Shown here: in pieces, positions 8,464 through 17,917 of the stretch | Layout: every line of letters starts with the position of its first letter | Numbering within the stretch: the stretch's first letter is position 1 | NCBI GenBank assembly: GCA_016432285.1 | Contig: CP066682.1 | Coordinates: 118,434-182,433, forward strand | Length of the DNA stretch: 64,000 bases | Direction of reading: 5' to 3' | Source: Candidatus Kaiserbacteria bacterium | GTDB lineage: Bacteria; Patescibacteriota; Minisyncoccia; Phycocordibacterales; UBA2100 | The notes under the pieces: generated by a model | Told to the model about the DNA's origin: nothing | What the model saw: the letters and a program-made list of their open reading frames with translations, nothing else | Database searches by the model: none | Translations under genes and position numbers: made by a program

Positions 8464-9423
8464 TTAATAACCGACCTCGGCAAAAAGGACGCCGCGATGC
8501 GCGAGCGTCGCTTCTCCCGGCCGGATGCCGCTCGATCCGCCGCCGATCAAGGATGCGTACGAAGAAGTGTGATGCGGTGAGCGGAAGGGCGGCCGGTACA
8601 CCGGGCCGCCGAGGAGACCGAGGAGAATACCCGCGAGCGAGTGGATGGTGGTTACTTCGATCATCTCCTCTTCGCCAAGGTCGGGGAGTACGGATGCGGT
8701 GGCGCGTGCGAGGAGCGTTTTCCCGGTGCCCGGAGGGCCCCACAGCGCGATGTTGTGTCCGCCCGCGGCGGCGATGATGAGCGCGCGCTTCGCGCTCTCT
8801 TGGCCGCGGATTTCGTCGAGGGCCGTGTCTTCGGGCTCGGCGCGCTTTATTTTCTGCACAGCAGAGCGTGGCTTCCCTCTGCCTCCGAGTTGCGCGAGCG
8901 CGTCTTCGAGTGAAGCAACCGGATGCACGCGCAGCCCCGAGATCAGCGATGCTTCCGCAGCATTTTCTTCCGGCATGAAAAGATCGGTGAATCCGCGATC
9001 GCGCGCTTCGCTCGCGATCGAGAGCGTGCCGAGAATCGGGCGGATCGTACCGTCGAGGGCGAGCTCTCCCGCAAATACTTTGCCCGCAGGGTCAAATGCT
9101 GCCTGTTCCGATGCGAGGAGGAATGAGAGCGCGAGCGGGAGATCGAATGCTGCGCCCTCCTTTTTGAGCGCGGCGGGCGCGAGCGAAAGAACGATCTTCT
9201 TGTTGCTCTTTTTGGGCGACTCGAGGTCGTTGGTATTTTTGATTGCGGCTGCGAGACGATCCTTCGCCTCTTCCACCGACTTGTCGGGGAGTCCGACGAT
9301 GGCAAACGCGTGGAGGCCTTTCACGATGTCGCACTCCACGCTCACGATGGTCGCTTTTGGCAGCGCGGGCTGTGCGCCAAAGACGCGCGCGAAGCCCGAT
9401 TTTATTTTTTGTGCGCCGGCCAC
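8464..9423 (-). pseudogene. comM: comM / YifB Mg-chelatase-like ATPase, truncated by island insertion
   Basis: IVGLPD, GELALDG, GPPGTGKT and FRSPHH are present; the frame ends LAHRGVLF-AEVGY* instead of LAHRGVLFLDE. Confidence 0.9.
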
Positions 9424-9450
9424 GCGGCCAATTGTACCGCGTTATTTTCT

Positions 9451-9816
9451 CTAGACGTGCGTGATGCAGGTCTTGGCTGCGGGGTTCGCCTCAAGGCGGT
9501 CGACCGGAATCGGCTCGCCGCACTTCTCGCAGATTCCGTAGGTGCCGTCGTCCATCTTTTTCAAAGCCGCCTCGATCTCCTTGCGGCGGGTTTCAAGTTC
9601 CTCAACGAGCGGGACATTGGTGACGAGCTCCTCAATCTTGTCGGCAGCGTCGGTCGGATCCGCCTCCTCGCCCCGCAGCTCCCCGCTTCCGCCCTGCCAG
9701 TCGCCGTTGTTGGATTGACCGTGCTCGGCGAGCTCCTCGTCGAGCGAATCGCGCTCGGCTTCAAGATTTGCGCGCAAATCTTGCAGCTCGTCTTCCGACA
9801 GATGTGTTTTTTTCAT
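9451..9816 (-). CDS. TraR/DksA C4-type zinc finger protein
   Basis: DPTDAAD and GTYGICEKCGEPIPVDRLEANPAAKTCI. Confidence 0.9.
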   Translation of the reverse strand: MKKTHLSEDELQDLRANLEAERDSLDEELAEHGQSNNGDWQGGSGELRGEEADPTDAADKIEELVTNVPLVEELETRRKEIEAALKKMDDGTYGICEKCGEPIPVDRLEANPAAKTCITHV

Positions 9817-9853
9817 TGGATAACTATACGTGCTCCCTTTCTTTCGTGCAATT

Positions 9854-11557
9854 CTAGAGCCTGCGGACGGCGCGCAGCCTGCTTAAAATTTCGGTGAAGG
9901 AGTACGGGCTCTCTCCGATGATCAGGATTCCCTGCGTCGGAAATGAATAGTAGAGCTCGATCGTGCCGCCGTCGTCCTTGAGGGCGCGGACGTCGTAGTT
10001 GCGCATCACGACGTCGCTAAAGGTGCGCTTTTGCGGCAGTCCACCCGCACCGAGCACCTGTTCTGGAACGGGCGTGAATGCGGGCGAAAGATCGGCGTTG
10101 AGCGTTTGCTCCCATGCGAGCATGCCCGCAAAGGCACGCTCGTAGGAGAGCACCGGTATCACAAGGAGCGGCGCATTTTCGTCGACCGTGTGAATGCCGA
10201 AGAAGAAATCGCTGGAGAGCGCGCGCACTAAGTCTGCGGGCGCGCGCGTGCCGAGCGCCCCGAGAAATTCTTCGAGCGTGGCAGCGCGCTCGTAGGGAAC
10301 GCCTTCCTCATCGGTCGCTGTCTTGGTGGGGACGATGCGGGTGATCGATCCGAGCGTTGCACTAGAAGCGCCGCGCGCCGAGGCGATGAGGCGCTTCAAA
10401 TCGAGCGCGTTCTGATTATCGAGCGGAAGTGAGACGGTCGTTTCGGAAAAAAGAAGCGAAGGGGCTTCGGTGCTCGGCGCGCCCCCGCGCTGCTGCGAAA
10501 TAATATACACGCCGAAGAACGCTCCGACGCCGAGCACCGTGAGGAGCGCCGCAGCGAAAATAATGTTGGCCGTGCGACGGGACCGGTGCGTCGCCACCTG
10601 CTCCTCGATCTTTTCGGCGCTGCGGCCATATCGCTTCTCTTGCTCGAGCGCCGCCGCGCGAACGAGCGAGATCTTTTTCTCGCGCACGATGACCTGGAGA
10701 TCGTCTTTGAGAGTTCGAAGCGGCGAAACGATCGACGACGAAAGATCCCTTTTCGGCTCGGGGGCGGGTGCGGATGCGGGCGGCACGCTCGCGCCGAGCG
10801 TTGTATCAAAGGTACGGGCCTCCTCAACTTTCTGCGGGGCGATCGACGAGGGTTGCGAGCGATCCGGCAGTTTGACCTCCTCGAGAATCTTCGCGAGCTC
10901 CGGCGGCTTCTGTACGGCGCCGCTTTGCGGCACAAAGACCGACTCGCGCGCTCGCTCGGCTGCGGGAATCACCGCAGGGGCGGGAGCAGGGGGCATCGGC
11001 TCTGCTCTCGCGGGTGCTGCTGCTGGCATTGGTGGCTCTTGCCGCGGCGCGATCGTTGGGGCGGGCTTCGGTGCCGCTGGAGGAGCGGGCCGTACGGGTG
11101 CGGGCGCAAACGGCATTTCCGGCAAAATGCCTGCCGCAAGCGCAGCGCTGTTGAGGCCATGCGGGTGCTGTTCCGCTGGCTTTGGTATCGGTGTTTTTGA
11201 TGGTACCGGATCGAGCGAATCAAGCGCGATCATCGGCGGCTCCTTTTTTTCAGCGGTCGGAATCGGCGCCGGTGGCGCCGATGGTGAAGTTGTCTCCAGG
11301 GGCGTGATCGGTATTTTCGGCGGAATGAAGATGGGAGCCGTTTCTTCCTTTTGCGGAACGGGAGAAGCGGGAGCGGGCGGTGGAGGCGTCGGTGGTTGCG
11401 GAAGTGGGGCTGGTCGCGGAGCTGGCGCCTTCGGCGCGGGCCTGATCACCGTCTCTTCGAGAATCGTTGCTTCGGGCTCCTGCGCCGGAGTAGATTTCGC
11501 AGCCGCAGGACTTTGCGGATTAGATGCGGTGTCGCGGCGGGCCGTTTCGTCTGCCAT
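9854..11557 (-). CDS. Pro/Ala-rich membrane-anchored hypothetical protein
   Basis: Long low-complexity N-terminus, LRTLKDDL motif, one TM helix and a globular C-terminal domain. Confidence 0.75.
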   Translation of the reverse strand: MADETARRDTASNPQSPAAAKSTPAQEPEATILEETVIRPAPKAPAPRPAPLPQPPTPPPPAPASPVPQKEETAPIFIPPKIPITPLETTSPSAPPAPIPTAEKKEPPMIALDSLDPVPSKTPIPKPAEQHPHGLNSAALAAGILPEMPFAPAPVRPAPPAAPKPAPTIAPRQEPPMPAAAPARAEPMPPAPAPAVIPAAERARESVFVPQSGAVQKPPELAKILEEVKLPDRSQPSSIAPQKVEEARTFDTTLGASVPPASAPAPEPKRDLSSSIVSPLRTLKDDLQVIVREKKISLVRAAALEQEKRYGRSAEKIEEQVATHRSRRTANIIFAAALLTVLGVGAFFGVYIISQQRGGAPSTEAPSLLFSETTVSLPLDNQNALDLKRLIASARGASSATLGSITRIVPTKTATDEEGVPYERAATLEEFLGALGTRAPADLVRALSSDFFFGIHTVDENAPLLVIPVLSYERAFAGMLAWEQTLNADLSPAFTPVPEQVLGAGGLPQKRTFSDVVMRNYDVRALKDDGGTIELYYSFPTQGILIIGESPYSFTEILSRLRAVRRL

Positions 11558-13706
11558 GCATATCTCCGCCGCCTTCCGAAGGCTTCACGCCTTTGCGGGC
11601 AGCCCACTCGGGATCCGCGGCTTTGATAGAAAGATTATACCGTCCCTTTTCATCGATTTCTTTGATGACGACGGGGACGACGTCGCCGATCTGCACGGCA
11701 TCGGAGATTTTGCCGATGCGAAACGGCGCAACTTCCGAAACGTGCACGAGTCCGTCGTTGTTGGGGCCGATCTTCACGAAGGCGCCGAAGTCCATGAGGC
11801 GCACGACCGGGCCCTCGAAGCGATCTCCCACCATGTATTCGCGCGTGAGATCTTCGATTTCCTTGAGTGCAGCTTCGGCGGTGCCTTGGCGGCCCGTAAT
11901 GAAGATCGTGCCGTCTTCTTCGATGGTGATCTCGTCGCAGCCGGTGCGGTCTTTGATGCCGTTGATCATCTTGCCGCCGGGGCCGATCACGAGGCCGATC
12001 TGGTCGACCTTCACTTTGGTCGTGAGAATCTTCGGCGCGCGCGGCGAGATGTCGGCGCGCGGCGCGGGAATCGCTTTTTGAATCACTTCAAGAATCTGCA
12101 TGCGGGCTTTCTTGGCCTGAGCGAACGCCTCGGAAAGCACCTTCAGGGGCACGCCGTCGACTTTCACGTCCATTTGCACGCCCGTCACGCCCTCGCTCGT
12201 ACCTGCGACTTTGAAATCCATGTCGCCGTGATGATCCTCCGGGCCCTGGATGTCGGTGAGCACTTTGTAGACGCCCGCCTTGGCGTCGCTCATCATGCCC
12301 ATCGCGATGCCTGCGACGGGCCTACTGATCGGCACGCCGGAATCCATGAGCGCGAGCGTACCCGCGCACACGCTCGCCATCGAGGTGGAGCCATTGGAGG
12401 CGAGACAGTCGGCGACGATGCGAATCGTGTACGGGAAGTTTTCTTTTTGCGGCAGCACCGCGCGCAGCGACTTTTCGGCGAGCGCGCCGTGGCCGATCAT
12501 GCGGCGGTTCATGCCGCCCACGCGGCCGGTTTCGCCCACCGAAAACGGCGGGAAGTTGTAGTGGAGCATGAAGGTCTTCTTCTTGTCCTGGAACTCGATC
12601 GTGTCGATGAGCTGCGCGTCTCCCGGGCCGCCCAAGGTGAGTGCCGCCAAGACGTGCGTTTGGCCGCGGTAAAAAAGGCCGGTGCCGTGAATGACGGGCG
12701 AGATGCCTCCCGCTTGCGCAAAGAGCGGACGGATTTCGTCCATCGCCCTGCCGTCGACGCGCTTGCCTTCCTTGATCGCGAGATCGTGCACGTGCTCGTC
12801 GAGTTTGTGCTCGAAGATGCCGTCGGGGATCTGTGGCTTTGCGTCGGGGAACTTCTCGAGCGCGTGTTTCATCCATTCAGATTTCAGCGTACCGATGTCG
12901 CCCTTGTCCATCTTTCCGTCGAGGGCGAGGAGTTTCGGACGCATCACGCTCTCAAACTCCGCTTCGATCTCGCCGCTCTCCATGGGTGCAGCAAACGTCT
13001 GCTTGGCGACGCCGCGCTCTGCCACGATGCTCTTCTGCCACGCCTGGATCTTTTCGATCTCCTCGCTGGCTCGTGCGAGGCAGTGCTCCACATGCTCTTC
13101 GCTCACTTCGCGCGCGCCGACTTCGATCATGTTGACGAGGCCGTCCTTGCCGGACACGGTGAGATCCATCTTGGCCCGCGGCGGCAGCTCATCGCTGCGC
13201 TGTCCGTAGCTCGGATTGACGATCGGCGTCGGGTCGTCTTCGACGAGCCCCACGCGCACTGCGGAGACGGGGCCGTTCCACGGAATGTCGGAAGTGGCGA
13301 GCGCGAGAGAGGCGGCGTTGACCGCGAGAATGTCGGTGTCGTAGTCCTCGATCGAGAGCACCGTGATGATCACCTGCACGTCGCGCTTCAGCCCCTTCGG
13401 GAAAAGCGGGCGGATCGTGCGGTCGACGATGCGGCCGGAGAGCACTGCCTCGTCGGAGGGTCGGCCTTCGCGGCGCACGAATCGGCTGCCCAAAATGGCG
13501 CCGGCGGCGTAAAACTTTTCCTCGTACTCGACGGAGAGTGGGAAGTAATCGAGATTCGATTCCTTGTTGCTCATGACGACAGTCGCGAGAACCGCACTGT
13601 TGCCGTACCGCAAAAGCACCGAGCCGTTGGCTTGGTCGGCCCAGTCGTTAAACTCCGCGATCATCGTTTTCCCCGCGATTTCGAGGGAATACTCTTTTTT
13701 CTGCAT
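11520..13706 (-). CDS. pnp: Polyribonucleotide nucleotidyltransferase
   Basis: RREGRP, SNGSTSMAS and DMDFKVAG motifs; KH and S1 domains. Confidence 0.97.
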   Translation of the reverse strand: MQKKEYSLEIAGKTMIAEFNDWADQANGSVLLRYGNSAVLATVVMSNKESNLDYFPLSVEYEEKFYAAGAILGSRFVRREGRPSDEAVLSGRIVDRTIRPLFPKGLKRDVQVIITVLSIEDYDTDILAVNAASLALATSDIPWNGPVSAVRVGLVEDDPTPIVNPSYGQRSDELPPRAKMDLTVSGKDGLVNMIEVGAREVSEEHVEHCLARASEEIEKIQAWQKSIVAERGVAKQTFAAPMESGEIEAEFESVMRPKLLALDGKMDKGDIGTLKSEWMKHALEKFPDAKPQIPDGIFEHKLDEHVHDLAIKEGKRVDGRAMDEIRPLFAQAGGISPVIHGTGLFYRGQTHVLAALTLGGPGDAQLIDTIEFQDKKKTFMLHYNFPPFSVGETGRVGGMNRRMIGHGALAEKSLRAVLPQKENFPYTIRIVADCLASNGSTSMASVCAGTLALMDSGVPISRPVAGIAMGMMSDAKAGVYKVLTDIQGPEDHHGDMDFKVAGTSEGVTGVQMDVKVDGVPLKVLSEAFAQAKKARMQILEVIQKAIPAPRADISPRAPKILTTKVKVDQIGLVIGPGGKMINGIKDRTGCDEITIEEDGTIFITGRQGTAEAALKEIEDLTREYMVGDRFEGPVVRLMDFGAFVKIGPNNDGLVHVSEVAPFRIGKISDAVQIGDVVPVVIKEIDEKGRYNLSIKAADPEWAARKGVKPSEGGGDMHGRRNGPPRHRI

Positions 13707-13902
13707 TGCTCGAAGTGATGTCCGGATTTCAGCAAGCCCATCGCGCGCTCAGGGCTTTCTGCCTATCCCGACACCACGGTTATCTAATATGCGTGGACTA
13801 TATCACAACGGCCTTTTCTCGCTATTTTTTCGCGGCGGCGTGCTTTGCCGATCCGCGCCCGCATGTATAGTGGTGCTACCCCATCCAACGAGGAGACAGA
13901 GT

Positions 13903-14244
13903 ATGCAGATATGGAAACGGGACCCAGCCGGGCGCTGGAAAAAGACGGTACTCAGCTCTTTTGAGTTCACCGGCATCGCGGAGCTGTGGCACCTGCTGCG
14001 CGGACAGCTCGCGATCGATTGTGAGCGGCACTGGATCGTGCTGAACGAGGCGGAAGTCGATTCGCTCGCGCGCATGCGCCGGCGATACACTTCTTCCGAC
14101 GAAGGCGTCAAGGAATTCGTTCGCAACCTGGGACTCGCGCCTCTCCGCTCGCAAGGTCTTCCGCTCCAGCTCGTCGACCATATGGTCGGACTCTCGGCGG
14201 GCCATCTCGCAATCGAGTGTAACGGACCCGACGCGTTCGCGTGA
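13903..14244 (+). CDS. Hypothetical protein
   Basis: ATG preceded by AGGAG; the ORF fills the intergenic gap. Confidence 0.55.
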   Translation: MQIWKRDPAGRWKKTVLSSFEFTGIAELWHLLRGQLAIDCERHWIVLNEAEVDSLARMRRRYTSSDEGVKEFVRNLGLAPLRSQGLPLQLVDHMVGLSAGHLAIECNGPDAFA

Positions 14245-14325
14245 ATGTGGAGGTCGGGAGACGAAAAAGAGCGACGCGAAGCGCCGCTCTTTTCTTACCG
14301 ATGCAAAACCGCGACGTATGCTAGT

Positions 14326-15318
14326 ATGCCGCGCATGAGAGTGCTCATCTTTCCCACCGTCGTCGCCCTTTTCGCCTGCGTCGCAGCGTACCTCTGGGGC
14401 GGACTCAACGCGCTTTTCACCGTCGCCCTCCTTGCCGTGCTCGAAACCACGCTCTCCTTCGACAACGCCGTCGTCAACGCGAAGGTCTTGCAGCGCATGG
14501 AAGCCGTGTGGCAGAAACGCTTTTTGCAGTGGGGCATCCCGGTGGCGGTCTTCGGCACGCGCTTCGTGCTTCCGATTTTCATCGTCTCGTTTGCGGCCGG
14601 CCTCGGGCCGCTCGTCGTTTTGAATCTCGCGATCTTCGACCCGCTGCAATACGGACACCTCTTGGAGGGCGCGCACGTGGCGATCGCATCCTTTGGAGCC
14701 GCCTTCCTCTTTCTCGTCTCTCTCAAGTATTTCTTCAACGACCGCAAGACAGTGCACTGGATCGAGGTGATCGAAAAGTATCTCTCGCGCTGGGGCGGCG
14801 TCGAGGCGATCGAGGTGGCGCTCACGCTCATCGTGCTCCTCGTCTCCGCGCTTATCCTGCCGATGGAGGCCGCGACGATCCTCGTAGCGGGAGTCATCGG
14901 TGTCGTGCTCTTTATCGTGATCGAGGGAGTGGCGCAGGCTTTCGAGATGCAGGCCGGTGCCGACATCGCAAAAAGCTCGATCGCGCTCTTTGTGTACCTC
15001 AACGTGCTCGACGCGGCCTTCTCGCTCGACGGCGTCGTCGGTGCTTTTGCCGTCACGAGTAATCTCTTGATGATCATCGCGGGCCTCGGCATCGGCGCTC
15101 TTTATGTGCGAAGCGCAACGGTGTATCTCGTGCGCGCCAAGACACTCGAATCGCTTCCCTACCTCGAGCATGGTGCGCACTGGGCGATCTTCGGGCTCGC
15201 GATCGCGATGCTCGGCAGCCTCTTCGTGCGCGTGCCAGAGCCCTTCACCGGATTCATCGGACTCGTCTTTATCGTACTCGCGTACATTTCTTCGCGCCGC
15301 GAAATGCGAAAAGCCTAA
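14326..15318 (+). CDS. DUF475 / TerC-family membrane protein
   Basis: LSFDNAVVNA, FSLDGVVGAFA and YLEHGAHWAI motifs. Confidence 0.92.
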   Translation: MPRMRVLIFPTVVALFACVAAYLWGGLNALFTVALLAVLETTLSFDNAVVNAKVLQRMEAVWQKRFLQWGIPVAVFGTRFVLPIFIVSFAAGLGPLVVLNLAIFDPLQYGHLLEGAHVAIASFGAAFLFLVSLKYFFNDRKTVHWIEVIEKYLSRWGGVEAIEVALTLIVLLVSALILPMEAATILVAGVIGVVLFIVIEGVAQAFEMQAGADIAKSSIALFVYLNVLDAAFSLDGVVGAFAVTSNLLMIIAGLGIGALYVRSATVYLVRAKTLESLPYLEHGAHWAIFGLAIAMLGSLFVRVPEPFTGFIGLVFIVLAYISSRREMRKA

Positions 15319-15338
15319 GCGGCGTCTTTGACCCGCAG

Positions 15339-15365
15339 CGACCCGCAGGTTAAACCTGCGGGTCG
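15339..15365. repeat. REP-like palindrome (same family as those flanking the RAYT)
   Basis: CGACCCGCAGGT-TAA-ACCTGCGGGTCG. Confidence 0.75.
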
Positions 15366-15371
15366 GGCACT

Positions 15372-15410
15372 AAAAAACCGCTCCTTCAGTGAAGAAGCGG
15401 TTTCTTTTTT
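15372..15410. terminator. Bidirectional intrinsic terminator
   Basis: AAAAAACCGCT...AGCGGTTTCTTTTTT between convergent genes. Confidence 0.6.
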
Positions 15411-15429
15411 GCTGCTCGTTTTTTTGTCG

Positions 15430-16044
15430 CTACTCCACGTCAGTCGCGCGTTCGATTTCGCCGAGTTTGTCTTGCGTTTCTGAAGGCAGCGAACCGACGC
15501 CGTTTTCCTTCGGCGGGAAGCGGCGGCCGCGCACCGGCCGGTAGTTGATGAGGTAGCGGCGCGGGTCTTCGTCGAGATCGAGGAACTGGTCGGCCGCGTC
15601 CTTCAGCTTCCCGGAAGTCGATCGGCCGAAGCTGGTTACTTCCACCTGGCAGCCGTGCTCCTTGAGGTAGTGCACGAGCGGCACGAAGTCGCCGTCGCCC
15701 GTAAAGAGGATGACGGTGTCGAGCTTTTGGGAAGCGACGATCGCGTCGACCGCCATACCGACGTCCCAGTCGGCCTTCTTGGCACCGCCGTAGAAGATTT
15801 GGAGGTCCTTGGTCTTCGGCTCAATGCCCATTTTGGTGAGTGCATCGAGGAAGGCGGTCTCCTCGCCGCTTTCGGTGGTGACCATGTAGGCTCGCGCGCG
15901 GATGAGGCGGCGGCCAGCGACGCTGTCTTTCAGCACGTTGCCGAAATTGACGCGCGCGCGGTAGAGATTTTTCGCGGTGTGATAAAGGTTTTGCGTGTCG
16001 ATGAAGACGCCGACGCGCTGTTCGGGGTGTTTGATGATTGCCAT
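15430..16044 (-). CDS. NYN domain protein (LabA/DUF88)
   Basis: VFIDTQN, KADWDVGMAVD and TGDGDFVPL motifs. Confidence 0.92.
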   Translation of the reverse strand: MAIIKHPEQRVGVFIDTQNLYHTAKNLYRARVNFGNVLKDSVAGRRLIRARAYMVTTESGEETAFLDALTKMGIEPKTKDLQIFYGGAKKADWDVGMAVDAIVASQKLDTVILFTGDGDFVPLVHYLKEHGCQVEVTSFGRSTSGKLKDAADQFLDLDEDPRRYLINYRPVRGRRFPPKENGVGSLPSETQDKLGEIERATDVE

Positions 16045-16136
16045 ACAAAAATTAAATACTATTTATGAATAAAATCTATTAAAATCGCCCCGTGATTCGT
16101 TCACGGATGCTCTGAAGCGGGAGTGAAGGGGACGAC

Positions 16137-16403
16137 CTATTTCTTGAGCCCGAGTTTCTTCACCAAAGTGCCGTAGGCGCGCTTGTTGGTACCCTCGAGG
16201 TACTTCAAGTGCGTCCGGCGAGCTGCCACGAGCCCCAAGAGGCCCCGGCGCGAGTGCTTATCCTTGCGATTCTTATCCAAATGAGCACTAAGCTCCTCAA
16301 TGCGGCGAGTGAGGACGGCGATCTGCACCTCCGGAGAGCCGGTGTCGGTGTCGTGTCGCTGCGCCTTTTTCACCTCATTTTGCTTCTTACGCTTCGAAAG
16401 CAT
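16137..16403 (-). CDS. rpsO: 30S ribosomal protein S15
   Basis: DTGSPEVQIA and DKHSRRGLL motifs. Confidence 0.97.
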   Translation of the reverse strand: MLSKRKKQNEVKKAQRHDTDTGSPEVQIAVLTRRIEELSAHLDKNRKDKHSRRGLLGLVAARRTHLKYLEGTNKRAYGTLVKKLGLKK

Positions 16404-16441
16404 TGCGGAATGATATCACATTCCTCACCCTTTTGCAAGCC

Positions 16442-16957
16442 CTACTCTGTCGCCTCGGAGGTGGTGGTCGCCGGCGGGGCCTCCTCCACTTTGACCAATT
16501 TGATGTTGAAAATCAGGGTCGATTTGCCCGGGATCACGACCGCACTCGCGGGGTCGTTGGGGTCTTGGCGGACCGGGTTGTCCCCGTAGCCGAAGGCCGG
16601 CGGAATGGCGATGAGGCGCTCGCCGCCTTCCTTCATGCCGTTGATGCCGATCTGGAAGCCCGGGATGATGCCTTGCGCGCCGAGCTGGAATCGGAGCGGC
16701 TCGTTGTTATGCGCCTCGGAGCTGTCGAAGACGGTGCCGTCGGAGAGGCGGCCCACGTAGAGGACCGAGACGATCGAGCCCGGCTTCGCCTCCGCCCCGG
16801 TGCCGACGGTGACGTCTTGCGCCTGCACGACGTCGCCCTGCGGCGTCTCACCTGTAGTCTCGCCTCCAGTGTCTGCTGTCATGTAATTGGTATAGATGAA
16901 GTAACCCGCAACTGCAAGAATAATAACGACGACGATCCAGATGATAGCTTTGCGCAT
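16442..16957 (-). CDS. FKBP-type peptidyl-prolyl isomerase with N-terminal anchor
   Basis: YVGRLSDGTVFDSS, GMKEGGER and IPPAFGYG motifs. Confidence 0.93.
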   Translation of the reverse strand: MRKAIIWIVVVIILAVAGYFIYTNYMTADTGGETTGETPQGDVVQAQDVTVGTGAEAKPGSIVSVLYVGRLSDGTVFDSSEAHNNEPLRFQLGAQGIIPGFQIGINGMKEGGERLIAIPPAFGYGDNPVRQDPNDPASAVVIPGKSTLIFNIKLVKVEEAPPATTTSEATE

Positions 16958-17111
16958 ATTCACTTCAGGATAGCGCGACGGCGCGCGTGCGCAAGCGCAA
17001 AAAGCGCGCCGGTGTGAATTTGGCCGCACGTTGTCCCGCAAGCGCCGCCGTGATTAGATGGCGGAAGTAAATCTGAGGCCACAGACAACCAGGCGCGAAA
17101 GGGAGAACCAC

Positions 17112-17828
17112 ATGAAGATCATCTGCGCGGGCGTAAGCTCCACGATCAAGACCGTGCTCGAAAAGCATGAATTCGGCATCTTTGATTTCACCAGCGTCCA
17201 GACTTTTACGAAGGCGTTTGAGGAGAAGCCGAAATCTCTCGGCTCGATGCCGCTTCTGTGCGGAGTCGGCAACCTCGACCAGCTCGCACACGTGCCAGCA
17301 TGTATGCGCGAGTTCGGATTCCGGAGCGCCACGATCGGCATCGTTGAGTCCAAGATCGGCGGGCTCAGCTTCGAAGACGCCGAGGTCTTTTTGCTCGACT
17401 GCGGGTGGGATCGGGTGCTTCGTGTCCGCGTACCCGTGAGCGAGCAGTTGCTCGCCGAGTCGATCAGGGCCGTGGTGCGCGGGTACGAGCGTAAGGTTTT
17501 CGTCCCCCCACCCGAGAAGCCCGACGAGCGAACGGCACTCGAGTGCTTCGACGGCCGCATCAAGATCGATGTGCTGAAACGCACGGTGGTCGCTGATGGG
17601 CGGCGGTTGGTACTTTCGGCGACGCCGTACAATGTGCTTGTCATCATGGCTCGCCGACCCGATGTGTGCTTCTCGCGTGAGCAGCTCATGACGGCTCTCT
17701 GCACTCGCGAGGTATCGTACGATCGCTGTGTCGATGCGCACATTAAAAAACTGCGGATCGCACTCGGGAAAGAGTGCCGGGAGGCAGTGGAAACCTTGAG
17801 CGGTGTCGGGTACAAGGTGCTGCCGTAG
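17112..17828 (+). CDS. OmpR/PhoB-type winged-helix regulator with atypical receiver-like N-terminus
   Basis: FSREQLM, DRCVDAHIKKLR and ETLSGVGY motifs; GGGAG upstream of the ATG at 17112. Confidence 0.8.
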   Translation: MKIICAGVSSTIKTVLEKHEFGIFDFTSVQTFTKAFEEKPKSLGSMPLLCGVGNLDQLAHVPACMREFGFRSATIGIVESKIGGLSFEDAEVFLLDCGWDRVLRVRVPVSEQLLAESIRAVVRGYERKVFVPPPEKPDERTALECFDGRIKIDVLKRTVVADGRRLVLSATPYNVLVIMARRPDVCFSREQLMTALCTREVSYDRCVDAHIKKLRIALGKECREAVETLSGVGYKVLP

Positions 17829-17917
17829 GCCGCACCGCGATATTGCCAAAGACTCAAGCGCCGCACGGAGTGCGGCGCTTTCTTTTTGGGATCTTCGAGG
17901 AGGTGTAGAGTGATCCG

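Larger units (their letters stand above)
1..8481. mobile_element. AT-rich defence island integrated in comM (only the right end is visible)
   Basis: Abrupt switch from AT-rich to GC-rich sequence at ~8480, exactly where the comM reading frame breaks. Cargo is R-M, CBASS and regulators. Confidence 0.85.

Noticed and set aside
10470-13718. 1082-aa plus-strand ORF
   Set aside because: Antisense shadow of pnp and the Pro-rich gene in GC-rich DNA; no recognisable motifs.
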